Origin: Podarcis muralis
Taxonomy: Eukaryota
Direction of reading: 5' to 3'
Assembly: GCF_964188315.1 (NCBI RefSeq)
Contig: NC_135669.1
Location: 3,348,001 to 3,412,000, forward strand
Length of the DNA: 64,000 bases
The notes below the pieces were generated by a model. The model was not told the origin of the DNA. It saw only the letters and a list, made by a program, of their open reading frames with translations, and made no database searches. Both the position numbers and the translations under genes were made by a program. Of this stretch, positions 34,920 to 47,834 are shown piece by piece; the stretch's first letter is position 1; each line of letters opens with the position of its first letter.

Positions 34920-35425
34920 TCGGTCCAGTGGTGATGGTTGTCAAATTCTTTTTGTTGTCTTTTTAAGTAATTTGTAAAAAGCTCCCATTCTTCCATGAAG
35001 TCAAAATTGTCCTTGTCTCGCAATTTGTATGTCAATTTAGCCAGTTCTGCATAGTTCATCAATTTCTCTTGCCACTGTTCTTTTGTCGGGATTTCTTCAT
35101 TCTTCCATCCTTGTGCTATCAAGACTCTTGCCGCTGTTGTAGCATACATAAATAAGTTCTTTGTTTTCCTTGGCAGGTCTTGTCCTACAATCCCTAACAA
35201 AAATGCTTCTGTTTTTTTTTTTTTTACAAATGTCATTTTGAACATTTTTTTCAGTTCATTGTATATCATTTCCCAAATTTTTTTAATTTCTCTACATTCC
35301 CACCACATGTGATAAAAAGTCTCCTCTTTTTCTTTACATTTCCAACATATGTTTGACCCGGTTTTGTACATTTTTGCTATCTGTACTGGTGTTATATCCC
35401 ATCTATACATCATTTTCATATAGTT
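34920..35425 (-). mobile_element. L1/Tx1-clade LINE ORF2 C-terminal remnant
   Basis: CWKCKEKEETFYHMWWEC (CCHC knuckle), EAFLLGI, FMYATTAARVLIAQGWK. Confidence 0.85.
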
Positions 35426-35859
35426 TTCTTTCAAAAGAAAGTTGATGTGCCTCTTTTCATTCTGCTAGTTGTTCCTTGTACTTGTGGGGTGTCATTATAT
35501 GAGCTTGAAACTTTAAAATGGGGGGGAGGGGAAGGTTCCAGAACCAAACCTTAAACCAGGAAGGTAAAGCAAGGTGAGGGAAAGGGGTGATTAAAAGGGT
35601 CAGAAGTAGGATTGACAAATGATGAGAAAAACAACAGCCTAAACTGCTAGTGTGCCTTTTACAGCCAAAATAGGGTGTGGCCATAGCAGCAGAGAGGGGG
35701 TTGCCAAGATTTTGGGGTTGTGGACACATTTACAAACCAAAGCAATTGTCATGGGGCCCCCACAAGCACTGCTGGACTGCGACCCCATCACCCCTAGTAA
35801 GTGGCTAAGTTAGCCGGGGATGATGCTGAGGATATTCTAGCTGGTAAAAGGTTCAGAAA

Positions 35860-36135
35860 AGAGAAACCCAAATGATCTAGTGGCTACAGCAGCTCTCCCA
35901 ATGAAGAAAGCTTACAACATTTGGGGGTTGTTAGTCTCGGGAAAAGGCGAGCAAAAGGAGACATGATAGAAGTGTATAAAATTATTAATAGTGTGGTGAA
36001 AGTGGATACAGAAAAGTTTGGCTCCTTCTCTCAACCCTTGAACCCAGCGGGATCTAATGAAGCTGAATGTTGGAACAATCAGGACACCCAAGAGAAACCC
36101 TTTCTTCACACAGCATTAAACTGTGGACCTCACTC
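35860..36135 (+). mobile_element. CR1 ORF2 3' remnant (degraded)
   Basis: SLGKRRAKGDMIEVYKII..KVDTEKF resembles the CR1 C-terminus. Confidence 0.65.
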
Positions 36136-39100
36136 TCACAGGAAGCAGAGATGGCCACCAAAAGTCCATGGAGGCTTAGGGCTTTTCCACACTTTCTCTG
36201 GTCCCACTGCTTTCCCCTGGGAAAACCACTCTCTAGCACGCAATTGGAGCAAATGGCAATTCGGGTTTTCTCCAGGTTGATGTTTGCTTTGATTTAGTGC
36301 TAAAGAGGGGAAAGGGAGAAACCACTTTCTAAGCACGGGACAAGTGGATGAGTCCAAGTCTATCAATGTTTACTAGCCACAATATTTATGTTCTATCTCC
36401 TCTGTTGGAGGCAGAATGTCTCAATGCTCGTTCTGGGAATCAGAAGTAGGGAGAGTGCTGTTGCCCTCTGGTCCTGCTTTGGGGCTTCCCATGGGCCTGA
36501 TCCAGCAGGCTCTTTTTAAATTCTTATGATAGAATTGTAGTCCAGCATCTGGGGACCCAAGGATGAAGAACACAGGTGTAGGTAATACTGAGCTCCTCAT
36601 CTGACTGGGTAGGAGTTCACAGAGGAGATGAGAGTAGCACCAGAGTCTTCCTGGTATATTGCACAGCCTCTCAGCTGCAGCTACTACATTGCACCAACTC
36701 TCAAAACAAAGTGACAGGGATTCATTTCTACCACTGTGGGGCAGTGGAACTCTTAGCACAGCTGTGTCTGATGTGGCTGCTAGTGCTGAGTCATGCTCCT
36801 TGCGTCTAGGGGCGCCATGTCACAGTGAGCGGGGGGGGGGGGACGGATGCAGCTCAGACCCCGTGTTTCAGACGGCCCTTCAAGAGCAGCTATATTTCTG
36901 GGTCTATAGGCGAAACATATTGTTACAGTAAAATGGGCTATATATTGGACAAAACAGCTGGTGTTTGTGTGACTGTTTCTTGTTCTGCGTTAATAGCAAG
37001 ACTGCAGCTATTATGGGGTGTAAAGAGTACAATGCTGGGTTGCATCCAACCAAGGAAGTAGACCCATTTAAATGTGTTTGTCATGTTGAAAAACTTCAAT
37101 GGGTCTACTCTGAGTAAGATTAGCATCGGATACAATCCACTCTTGAAATGTTTTTTGTCAGTTTAACTGGGTCCTTCAAACTTGGGGCCCCCAACATGGC
37201 ATCCATGGGCACCATGGTTCTAACAGACACCCACTTTATTACCTGCCAAGGCCTCCTGTTCCTCCCAATCATTATTTTTAAAAATTGAGCCTTATTTGGC
37301 TGGTTATGTTTTGGTTGTTTGTTGGGGAGGTTGCCTGTTTTCTGTGGGTCATGGGTGTTGCCTGCTTTTTTGTGTCCGTTTTTGTTTTATTTGGGATGTG
37401 TAGGTGACTTACCTTTTTTCGGAGGGGGCATACCTGAGCATCACCAGTTTTTCTTCTGTGACATTGGTATTTTGCAGTTCCCGTAAGAGATTTCCAAATG
37501 TGCCCCCAGGTCACAAAATGTGGGAGACTCCTGTAGGAAGGGGCAAAATTGGCTCCTAACACTGGTCTTGCAGCAACTAGGACTTTTGCTGCCCCCCCCC
37601 CCCACACTTTGCAACTAGCCAGTTCCTGACAAAGAGGCACTATGGCAGTTCAAGGACACCTTCCAGCCAACCAAAGACACTTGAGAAGGAGTGGAGCAAG
37701 GCCAGTGAAGGGGTGGCTTAAGAATAGTTGGAGGAAGAGTCCCAAGGGCCAGACAGAGTGGCCTGGGGGGCCACATTCAACCCCAGTCCTGGGGTTCCCC
37801 ACCACTGATATAGGTCACATCCAAGCCATACATTTACAGCACTCTTATACCACTTTTAAAAGTCATGGTTCCCTGCAAAGTTTCCCAGGAACTGAAGTTT
37901 GCCACTGACCTATAGTTCTCAGGACAATTGGCAAGCTACAATTCTCAGAATCCACATTCCCCATTATAGGTTGTTCTGTACCATTATCTAAGGCAGACTT
38001 CTATTTATAGTTGTTGTATATTAAAAACTAAAAAAAAAAGTTTATAAAAAGGTCATGAATCAATGAGTAATAGCCACAAATAGCTCTCCAGGAATCTAGT
38101 CGCTTACTAAGCCTTGCAGTTCCCAACTCAATCAGATGATGTATCATTCTCAAGTCTCTTGTGACCCAGCTGGTCAGCACATCCAGCTATTCACTGGCCA
38201 AACAAGACAGCCATTATATATTACAAGGTTTTATTATTTCTAATGGAAGCTTCTGTGTGGGGTTAAGTAGCAGCTGGAGGGGTAAGGGCTACCTTTCCCT
38301 TCCATGCACTGTGCTTCTGATTCGGATTGTGCTCTCTTGGGCAGCTATTTACATTTGAAAAACTAAGACACTTAGTTGCAACCATGCATTTCAATGTCAC
38401 ATTTAGTTTGATCCCAGAAAGTGACCAGTGTCGGTGGCTTCCTCTTCCTTTAGCTTATGGGCCCAAGATACTTTTGCTGCTGAACTCTGCTGAGGTCCAG
38501 CTGTACCCCAGGCTGACTTAGGACCAGTATTGTTGTCCTGATCATAATGCCTGGGTTTATGATGTTCGAGAGAGAGGTTTGGAAGAAAGGATCCTACTAT
38601 CCAGTAGCAGAGTTAGCACAATGGCTTCAAGCACATGAAAACTTGTTCAGATTTACATCTGCCCTCATCCACCTTTAAACAAAGTTCCCCACAGAAATAC
38701 TTAGGCTAGAATAAATCACAGACACTTAGCTTTGCAAGTAAGTGAACATTTTACTCACAGAGTTTCCAGATTTTACAGCAAACAAGTCTCCATCTGTTGG
38801 CAGCAAAACAAAGAAGAAGAAGGTACCAAACGCCTTTAAAAAGGAAAGTACTTGGTTTCCTTACAAAAAAAGATCATGCAATCTTTGGGTTAGCAGAGAT
38901 GCAGGCTTTAAAGACTCCTTTCAGAGCGATTCAGTTCACTTGCAGGGAGCCAAGGTCTCATGGCTTCTTGCTTGTTTCAGGAAGCATGAAGAGAAAAATG
39001 CTGAAAAGTGGGGTGGGGTGGGGTAGCGGAGAGCAGAGCCTGCTGAGAGGCTGTCAAACTACACCCACTTGCAACCTGAGCTCAGGTTTAGCCTTTCATG

Positions 39101-41592
39101 CACCCTTTCATGTGAGCCACTAACTGTGTATTACAGCAACGTCAGGCCAATTCCAACTGCACATCTTTGTGGCTCAACAAGGCATGCAGTTAAACTGTTA
39201 ATCAAAAGGAATATGGTTGAATCTCTTCTCACCCCGAGCCCTGATAGCCGCCATGTGTGGTGCCTGCCTCTCTTCCCTCAAAGAGAGGTAGGGTGACTAC
39301 TTTCGCATTGTCACAGAACAAGACACAGATTTGCGTAAGTAGATCAATAAATAAATGTGCTGATTTATATGTATAGATACAACTTTAGAAATCATTAATG
39401 TAATTTAATCAGAAATTCAGAATTTTGCAGCATAGTGGAGAAGACAGTGACTATATGACCTGCTTGTGGACCTGCTCAGTGTGCTGTCAGGTTGATGTGC
39501 AGGGACACATTAGTCCCGCAACATCTGGAGGGCCACAGGCTTCTTATCCTCGTGCTTCTGTGTTTTTGACATGATTATATATGGATGCAAATGTGACTAT
39601 TTAAAAATTTCTAATGGCTTTTTATTGCTGTGAGTTGCTTTGAGCTCAACCTGGTTGCTTGGAGAAAGTGACACACAAATCAAAAGCAATATTAAATCAA
39701 ATCAATAGCAACCTTACATCAACATTGGCAGTGGGAACAAATCCTCCACCACAGCACACAGTTAACAGGACAGCTTAGGCATAGGCAACAGAGTAAGCCA
39801 TTTTGTTACATGCTCTGTCCTTGTGGCTGCGTCTCCCTGCCACCGAGTGTCTGCCTAATGATTGGGCCGGCCCTGAAGGCAAAGGTGGCAATGCAGATTT
39901 TGCCCACAGTAGGACCTGCAGTGTTGGGTGCAAGTGTGACAGAGGTGTACTAGGCTTCTAAGCAACTCCTGGAACTTATTGGTAACTGAAGGAGCTCTTA
40001 TTACCTTCTGTGTGTGAAAACAAGAGGCTTCATTCTGTCCTTTATATTCCACAGGTAAACTCTGGTTTTCACAAAAGCCTGCCTGAACCATTCTGGACCC
40101 CTGTTCCTGTACATCTGCAGATGTTCTTAATTAGAGATGGGGCAACCAGCCCAACAGCCTTTGGACTAAGCCTCCCTCTAGAGGAGCTTTTGCCAACCTG
40201 GCTACCTCTAGAAGTTAAGTACTACAACTCCCTATATTTGCAACCTTAAGCCCTTGTCCGATAGCACCCCTATACTAATGGCAAACTCATTCTTCCAATG
40301 CCAGTCCTTATGCAGCCAAAAGAACACCATCAGTGTACAAGAGGGAGGTGTCAGCAGGGATGGTGGGGGAGCACACGTTTTCCCCAAATGCAAAAAATAT
40401 TTAGAAAAAATCTTAAGTGTGCCGAGCCTCCCATCGATACAGTCCAATGAGAACTCAGATCCACAGTATACATTTAAAACACATTTAGCATCAATTTAAA
40501 GCATGTGACTTCTCCCAAAGGATCCTGGTAACTGTAGTTTCTGCTTCACAGAGCTACCATTTCCAGCATGCTTAGCCAACTATAGCTCCCGGCATTCTTT
40601 GGGGGAAGTCATGTGCTTTAAATGAGCACTGAATATGCTTTAAATGTAAGCGTGCTCTAAGCGGCTAGCATGCTCAAAGGGCATGGAGCGCTGACTGACA
40701 GTTGTGGCAAGGGGAATGGAAATTAGTGTCGGTGGGCAGATGGAATGGAGTATCCTGAAAAAGGACATGGCAGGCTGGCTGAACAGCAGCATTCCACAAG
40801 ACAACATGTTGTTTTATAATCCCCCAAAGTAACCCTCCCCCTTTTCATCTCGTCTGTGTTGGAAATTATGGTGCATCTTAAAAATGGATATGAAGCTCCT
40901 CCAAGACAAGAAGCTGACGGACGAGAAAGACATTGTAGCATTCAGGATGGGTGAGCTCCTATCTGTTCAAAACACATCTGCAGCTGCTCCCTTCTCCTCC
41001 CAAGTATCTGGTTACAACACGGAATGACTGGCATTAGCAGATACAAATTTTATGTTGAAGACAAGCAGCTGGTTGTTATATTCCTGCATTTAATTCAAAT
41101 TTCAGGTTAACTGCTGGGCAGTAATAATAACACCTCCCTCCTATTAACACAGGCTTCCTCAACCTCAGCCCTCCAGATGTTTTTGGCCTACAGCTCCCAT
41201 GATCCCTAGCTGGCAGGACCAGTGGTCAGGGATGATGACTATAGTCTCAAAACATCTGGAGGGCCGAGGTTGAGGAAGCCTGTATTAATATCTGCTTGTT
41301 TACGAACCAGTATTTTAATTTAAACAGAATTGCCTAACTGTCCCAAAATACCATCAGCTGCCATGTTCAATATCTGTTTAATCTCCAGCAATTAGTAGGC
41401 AATCACATTTAGCTTCATGTCATGAAGCTTCACCTGTTGGTTTATGTTTACAAATCAGAGTCCTGTAAAAGGGCCAGGAATGGCCACTACTGCAAGCTTG
41501 GGCACTACAGCCCTCCCAATACTGTTGGACTCCAACTATCATCAGTCCCAGCCAGCATGGCCAATGGTCAAGGATGCTGGGACTGGGAGTTC

Positions 41593-43700
41593 TAGGCCAG
41601 CAACATCTGGAGGGCTATAGGTGGTGGTTGCAGAAGGGTGTCCAGATGCAAAAAGAGACAGGATTTCTGTATAGAGGCGTAGGAGAGGAGATTTCAGCAG
41701 GTCTAACCTGTCCTGCAAGCTGCACCTGCTGAAATGCCTTCTTCTTCACAACTATTGAAGGCCCTGGTCTCTTTTGCATCATTCCTAGGTGACTCTTAGA
41801 AATGGGTACAGAGTTCAAATCACTGTGACCAGTTGTATCCCCTTTGATATTCAAGGCACCTACACTATATTACAGGGATGGGGAATCTGTGGCCTACCAG
41901 ATGTCATTGGCCTTCAACTTCCATCAAGCCCAGCCAGCTTGGACAATGGTCAGGGTGATGGGAGTAGTCTTGCTTGTGGTCTTCCCATAATGGACATCAG
42001 CCTGGTCAATGTGAGAATGGCATGCTGGATGAGGGTGGCCACTGGCCTGATCCAGCAGGCTCTTCTTACATGCAGGAGGATGGTCTTTTTTGCATCTCCC
42101 ACCCTTCCGGGAGGGTGTGCATGTACATTACACACTGCAGAGGCCATGTGCGATTAATCTGGGCATTGTCACTTGCTCTGCATGCCTTTCTGCTTTCTCC
42201 TGCCTACCAATCACTGACACCGCAGCTTCACCTGTGTTACCTGAGGCCCTCCAAACCAGAAAGACAAGTTGCTGAAGAGACTGGGTCAAGGAAGAAACAC
42301 AAAAGGTGGTATAATTACACTGCTAAGTGGAGCCGCTCCCTGTCCCAGGAAAGCTCTGCACGAGGGAAAGTGAACTGAATCGGAGTTTATGTCCTCATGG
42401 AACTTCAGGGACAAAACCTACAGGAAGCGAATGAAATGAGCAAGCAGATGTGAGCCAGCCAGCGAATCCTACGTACTAACACTCCCAAGGCCATAGGGCA
42501 GGCAAGAAGTTGGTTAGGCAGCTTGTTGTGGTCAGGAAACTGCCAATCCAGAGACAAAAGCTGGAAGTGTTTCCCTAACGGTGATAGAGCCAGTCTGCCC
42601 ATCCACTGACTAGCTCCAGGAGCCACAGCACATCTCAAGTTGCCATTCCAAATGACGTCCACAGTCCAGATGCTTGAGAAACATCTCCTTAGAACTTGCC
42701 GATTCCCATATGAATGGGCCCCGAAGGTGGGTGCTGAAAGACTAGGCCCTTTTAGTGGGAATGTGGAGGCTGGGCAGCCAAATGCAAAAGATGACAGGGC
42801 TACACCTGCTCAAATACAAGTTTTAGTACTTGTAGGCCAGCAATATCTGGAGGGCAATAGATGGTGGCTGCCAGGGGCACCAACTTCAGGGGGTCCTGGG
42901 CACCCACAGCCACCGGCAGAGGAAGGGGGGCGCGGTGGGTGCAGTCTGCTCTGGGTGTCATCGGGGGGGGGGTGACACCACCGCCCTGCCCCCATGGGAC
43001 ACTCGCCCCACCCCCTGGGATGCTCGTCCTGCCCCCGCGGGCGGCTAACCCCTCCCGTGGGTGCACAGCATGTGTGCCGCTCTGGGTGCCAGAGCAGCTA
43101 GCTCTGCCTCTGCCCACAATTTTTCTGTGGGTGCCCTGCCCATACCCCCTGCTGTAGCGGAGGCACAGGGATCAGTTCAGTTGCTGCCGTGAGGCGCGAG
43201 GTGCCAGAACGCTCACGCGCCTCAAGCCACCATGTTGCTGTTGCAGTGTCATGATACGACGTTATGACATCACATTGCGTTGCGGCATCATGACTTCAAG
43301 GCGCGAGGCGAGTGCACTGGGCATTCAAAGTGTGGGGCTCGAGTCAGTGCCACTGGTGGTTGCAGTTGGTTGTCCAGATGCAAAAGAGGCCAGGATTTCT
43401 GAACTTTTAATAGAGGCATAAGAGAGGAGATTCCAGCAGGTCTAACTTGTCCTGCAAGCTGCACCTGCTGAAATGCCTCCTTCTGCACAACTACTGAAGG
43501 CCTAAGAGCCCTGGTCTCTTTTGCATCATTCCTAGGTGACTCTTAGAAATGGGTACAGTATTCAAATCACTGTGACCAGTTGTATCCCCTTTGATATTCA
43601 AGGCACTATACCACAGGGATGGGGAATCTGTGGCTTACCAGATGTCATTGGACTTCAACTTCCATCAACCCCGGCCAGCTTGGCCAATGGTCAAAGGTCA
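41593..43700 (+). repeat. Local direct duplication of ~370 bp (41593-41960 vs 42833-42871 plus 43356-43700)
   Basis: Long shared identical runs, e.g. gtcctgcaagctgcacctgctgaaatgcct and tcactgtgaccagttgtatcccctttgatattcaaggcac. Confidence 0.9.
42872..43355. mobile_element. hAT-type non-autonomous element
   Basis: 8-bp TSD GTGGCTGC (42864-42871) / GTGGTTGC (43356-43363); imperfect TIRs starting CAG; empty site present in the paralogous copy at 41624-41631. Confidence 0.8.
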
Positions 43701-45299
43701 CCTGACAACACTGTTCAGACATCAGCAGGCATCCTGTGAATGCCTGTATCTCAATCTGCTAAAGGCAGAGCTACAGTGACAGACTAGTTTAAAAACTGAC
43801 AACCCGGCTGCTATACAATGTTCACCTTGGATAAGGTTGCCAAGGGACCTTTAGACCCACCACCAGAATATCACAGCCCCATCAAGTAAAACAGATCTCT
43901 TATGTCCAGACTAGGATAACCTCCACGTCATACATTTAAAGCGTGTGGCTGCCCCCAAAGAATCCTGGTAATTGTGGGTTGCAGAGAGACGGCTTGCACT
44001 GCAGTCTGCCCCAAGCCACACATGGACATACATGGCTGATTGTGCCCTACTGCACATGCTCCTGAGAGGAAAAACGTATCTGGGAAGGAAGAAACAGTTT
44101 GCAAGGGGAGGGGAGAGTTGCAGCAAGAAGCAGTGAGTGGAGAAAATGTCAAATGACCCCCCCCCCTTCCCCGGTGCTCAGAAGAGAGTGATCATAGGTC
44201 AGTGGTAGACTGCATGCTTTTATGCAGAAGGTTCCATTATCATGTCTCATATTTTTAAGGGAGCCTCCAGGCAGTATTTTGCAGGAAGGACTCAAACACA
44301 TGCCATAATTTAAAGTGGATTAAAGTCATAGGAGCCAACTCCTAGGGGCCAAGGTCCCTTCGGTCGCCCAATAAAATATTAGCGCCCCCCCCCCCAAGTT
44401 CATAGGCATTGCAATTCAAATTGTGTGTGTGCCATGTCTTGTGATCAGTTATGCGGGACAGGGCTTACCTGGGGCCCCCTTCTTTTATTTCAGTTGGCAC
44501 CCTTGATTTAAATGTTCTATCTGATAATATACCGCTGCAGCCAACCCAGTCTCTGAGCAGTGCGAGGCTGCAGTGTTTCCTTTGGAGTGAGGGAGAGTGG
44601 AGAATGTGGTGCCTTTATGAGATGTGGTTTATTTACACATAGATACAACCTGAGCCTACAATGGAGAGGCTCACAGCATTAACACCACAAGAAGCTGCCT
44701 TGCTTCTAGCTCACATCACTCCAACTCTCTGCTCTCAATCCTGCCATTGTCCTTCTAACTAGCAGCGAGTTGAGTGCACAGAGCCACTTCCTTTGTTTCC
44801 CTTATTGGTCCATCACCTCACTGAGAAGCTAGCTTGGCTATTCCAATAATTAGAAGGGAACTCAGGTATTCAGCCTACTGCCCCACCCCCCTACTCATAA
44901 CAATACACTACAAATCCACACTATTTTAAAGAGAGAAAAAGAGTATTTGTGGTTTGTAAATGGATGAAGAAATGTGTTGTAAAATATGGGATGAACAAAT
45001 GATTAACGGGAAGACATGTAAACACTCTGCAAGCAAATCAGGATAAATTTAGGATGAATGCTCATGGTCACATAACTTCCCCACAAACAAATCAGAATGA
45101 ATGCTCAATGAAGACAGGTCATATCCTGACCCCTGTGAAAGCTTTGTGCAAGTAGATCAGGATGAATGCTGAATAAACAGGTCATCTGAAGGAACCCATA
45201 ATTTGCAACAGAAGAGTGGGGGTTGCCTGGGCATCATCTGGTGTGCCATCCCTGGCTTCCTCTGGAAGATCTATCAGGGCTGCAAGGATTAAGGCTTTC

Positions 45300-45922
45300 T
45301 GGGAGATGAAATGAAAAAGGTATTTAAATATACCTTCCTGAAGAAACCAGAGGCCTTTCTCCTGGGTATGGTCGGCCAATTGGTGTCAAAGAAGGATAGA
45401 ACATTTTTTATGTATGCTACAACAGCAGCAAGAATACTTATCGCAAAGTATTGGAAGACAGAAGAACTACCCACCGTGGAAGAATGGCAGATGAAAGTTA
45501 TAGACTATATGGGACTGGCAGAGATGACCGGCAGAATCCGAGACCAGGGAAAAGAGACGGCGGAAGAAGATTGGAAGAAATTTAAAGACTATCTTAAGAA
45601 ATATTGTAAAATTGCTGAATGTTAAGACGATGTTGATTCTGAAAATTAAGTGGTTGTTAGCAGTAATCATTATGTAAATATGAAAAGAAAGGTCAAAAAC
45701 TTTAATAGAAATTAAGGGAAGGATTTGTTGAAGAGAATTAATTAGAGATTGGAATGCAGTAAGGAGAGGTATGAGGAGGTCGGGAAAGTAAGTTTTATGA
45801 ACATAAGGGAATGAAGTTATACATGTGGTTTTTTGTATGTATTTTTGTCTTTTTATTTTTGTGACTTTTGTGTTATATAAATTTGTGAAAATGCCAATAA
45901 ATATCTTATATATAAAAAAAGG
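45300..45922 (+). mobile_element. L1/Tx1-clade LINE 3' end (ORF2 tail plus 3' UTR)
   Basis: PEAFLLGMVGQ..FMYATTAARILIAKYWK..EDWKKFKDYL stop, then AATAAA and an A-rich end. Confidence 0.85.
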
Positions 45923-47151
45923 AAGATCTAGCAGGGCTGGTGAGCTCAAGGAACAGCCTGAAAAGTTCTGGAATCTGGGGGAACAATCTTCAGTCTACTG
46001 CTCTGCAGCAGAAACAGCTGGCTAGAAAGAAGACTGTTCAGTTGGTGGGTTGTGCCCCAAACTCAGTGAGCCACCTCTATTTTTTCTTTCTTTGCTTCAT
46101 AATTTAAAGACAGGAAGGAAGGAAGGAAGGAAGGAAATACACCCATATGGAAGGAGTAATGAATAGCTTGGCAAGAGAGCTAAAGGTGGTTTGAAAGAAG
46201 GATCACAGTTTGCAGTTGCATTCACTCATCCGAGGTGCTTCCACAAAGTAGCACTGGAGAACAGAATGCTAGACTAGATGGGCCATTGGCCTGACCCAGC
46301 AGCCTCTTCTTATGCCCTTATGAACTAGATGGATCAATGTTTCCTAGGTTCCCATGAGATGATGGGCCACCACTTGATTCGTAGGGAAGGGTGTGCGTGG
46401 CCTCCCACACATGCTGCATCTAGGGAGGGTGCATTTTAGCGAAGATAAGAGATCCTACTGGATCTGCTAGATAACAGGGGCTAGTCTCATTTCTCAGAAA
46501 AGTTTCCTCCCACTTGGGTGCTTAAAACCGGCCGCACCTTCTTTATCGGACAGTATGCACATAACCCAAGTTGGGAAGTGGCAGTACACACCTCCTACCC
46601 TTAGAAAGTAGCTTAAGATAAGCTTGGCTCAGTTTTCCTAATCAGTTGAAAAGTAACAAACTGTACTTTTTGGAAACTGGTGAATGTGTGCCAGCTTGCT
46701 AGGACAAGGAGGCTGAAGGAGGTCAGAGTGGAAGAGGCTTATCCACCTAGTTAAGCGAGACTAACAATGCAATCCTCGCCATATCTACTCAGAAGCAAGT
46801 CCTATTTAATTTCATGGAGCCTACTTAGTCCCAGTTAAGTGGGTTAGAACTGCAGCCTTACTAGCTTGGGAATTGGGAACAATCATATTTTTTCCCTTGG
46901 TGCCATTTCCAGATATAAATCAGTCCCTTCTAGCTGCTATTTGCACCCAGGAACTGGGATCACAGGTGCCTGTATCATGCCATAGAACAGGCATGGTGGA
47001 CCTGAAACCCTCCTTGTGACTTCAGCTCTCCTCATCCCCAACCAGCAGCGCCAACAGTCAGGATAAGGGGAGTTGTGGGTTCCTTCCAGAGCACCTGTTT
47101 ATTGCGCATTCACCCTGATTTGCTGGCACAAAGCTCATGTGGAGTTTAGAC

Positions 47152-47834
47152 CAGTGTTTCTCAACCTTTTTCTGACCATGGCCCCCTTCTGACCTCGTTT
47201 CCTTCCTGTGGTGCCCCTGTTCTACCAGTAGAAAGGCAGCTATTTAAATGTTTTGTTTGTAAATAGAACATGTTTTATTTACAATTTTTTATAATTTATA
47301 CAGAATGCAATTACATAAAAAAAAATACTTTAAGTATTTCTTGATTAATGTGACCCTTGGGATTGATGACCAGAAACAAGCTTTTTAAATCTGGCTCTGT
47401 TGGATAGCTGAAGATCACCTCTGTCCAGTATGTTAAAGTCATTTCGCGTTAGGCTGAGTAAATAATTCACACGATTGAAACCTGATTCTGCCAAATCCGA
47501 AGTAGGAAATGCCATGAAAAACACTTTTGCTTTTATCCCAAAGCTTTATCCCACTAACCCTGCTGCAAAATGATGTTGCCACAGTGGCGATCCTTCCACT
47601 GGGAAGCACGGTCACTTCTCTGTTCACTCTACTTTGGTTTTCTCTTTCCTTCACTTCTCTGTTTTCTTTTTTTCTGTTTTCTTTTCTCGATCACTTTTCT
47701 GTTTTCTTCACTTCTCACTTCCCTCTGTGTCCCCCTAGTCTCATCCCATGGTCCTCTATTTACATGATTTTCACCTGTGGCCCCCTTGGAATATCTGGGG
47801 GGGGGCCAGGGGGGCCCCCGGTTGAGTAACGCTG
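47152..47834 (-). mobile_element. Internally deleted hAT (Charlie/Buster-like) transposon with a transposase C-terminal remnant
   Basis: TIR CAGTGTTTCTCAACC / GGTTGAGTAACGCTG and perfect 8-bp TSD GTTTAGAC. The minus frame from ~47545 to 47345 reads AKVFFMAFPTSDLAESGFNRVNYLL..DRGDLQLS..HQSQGSH stop. Confidence 0.9.

Noticed and set aside
45467-45949. 160-aa hydrophobic minus-strand ORF
   Set aside because: It is the antisense reading of an A-rich L1 3' end.
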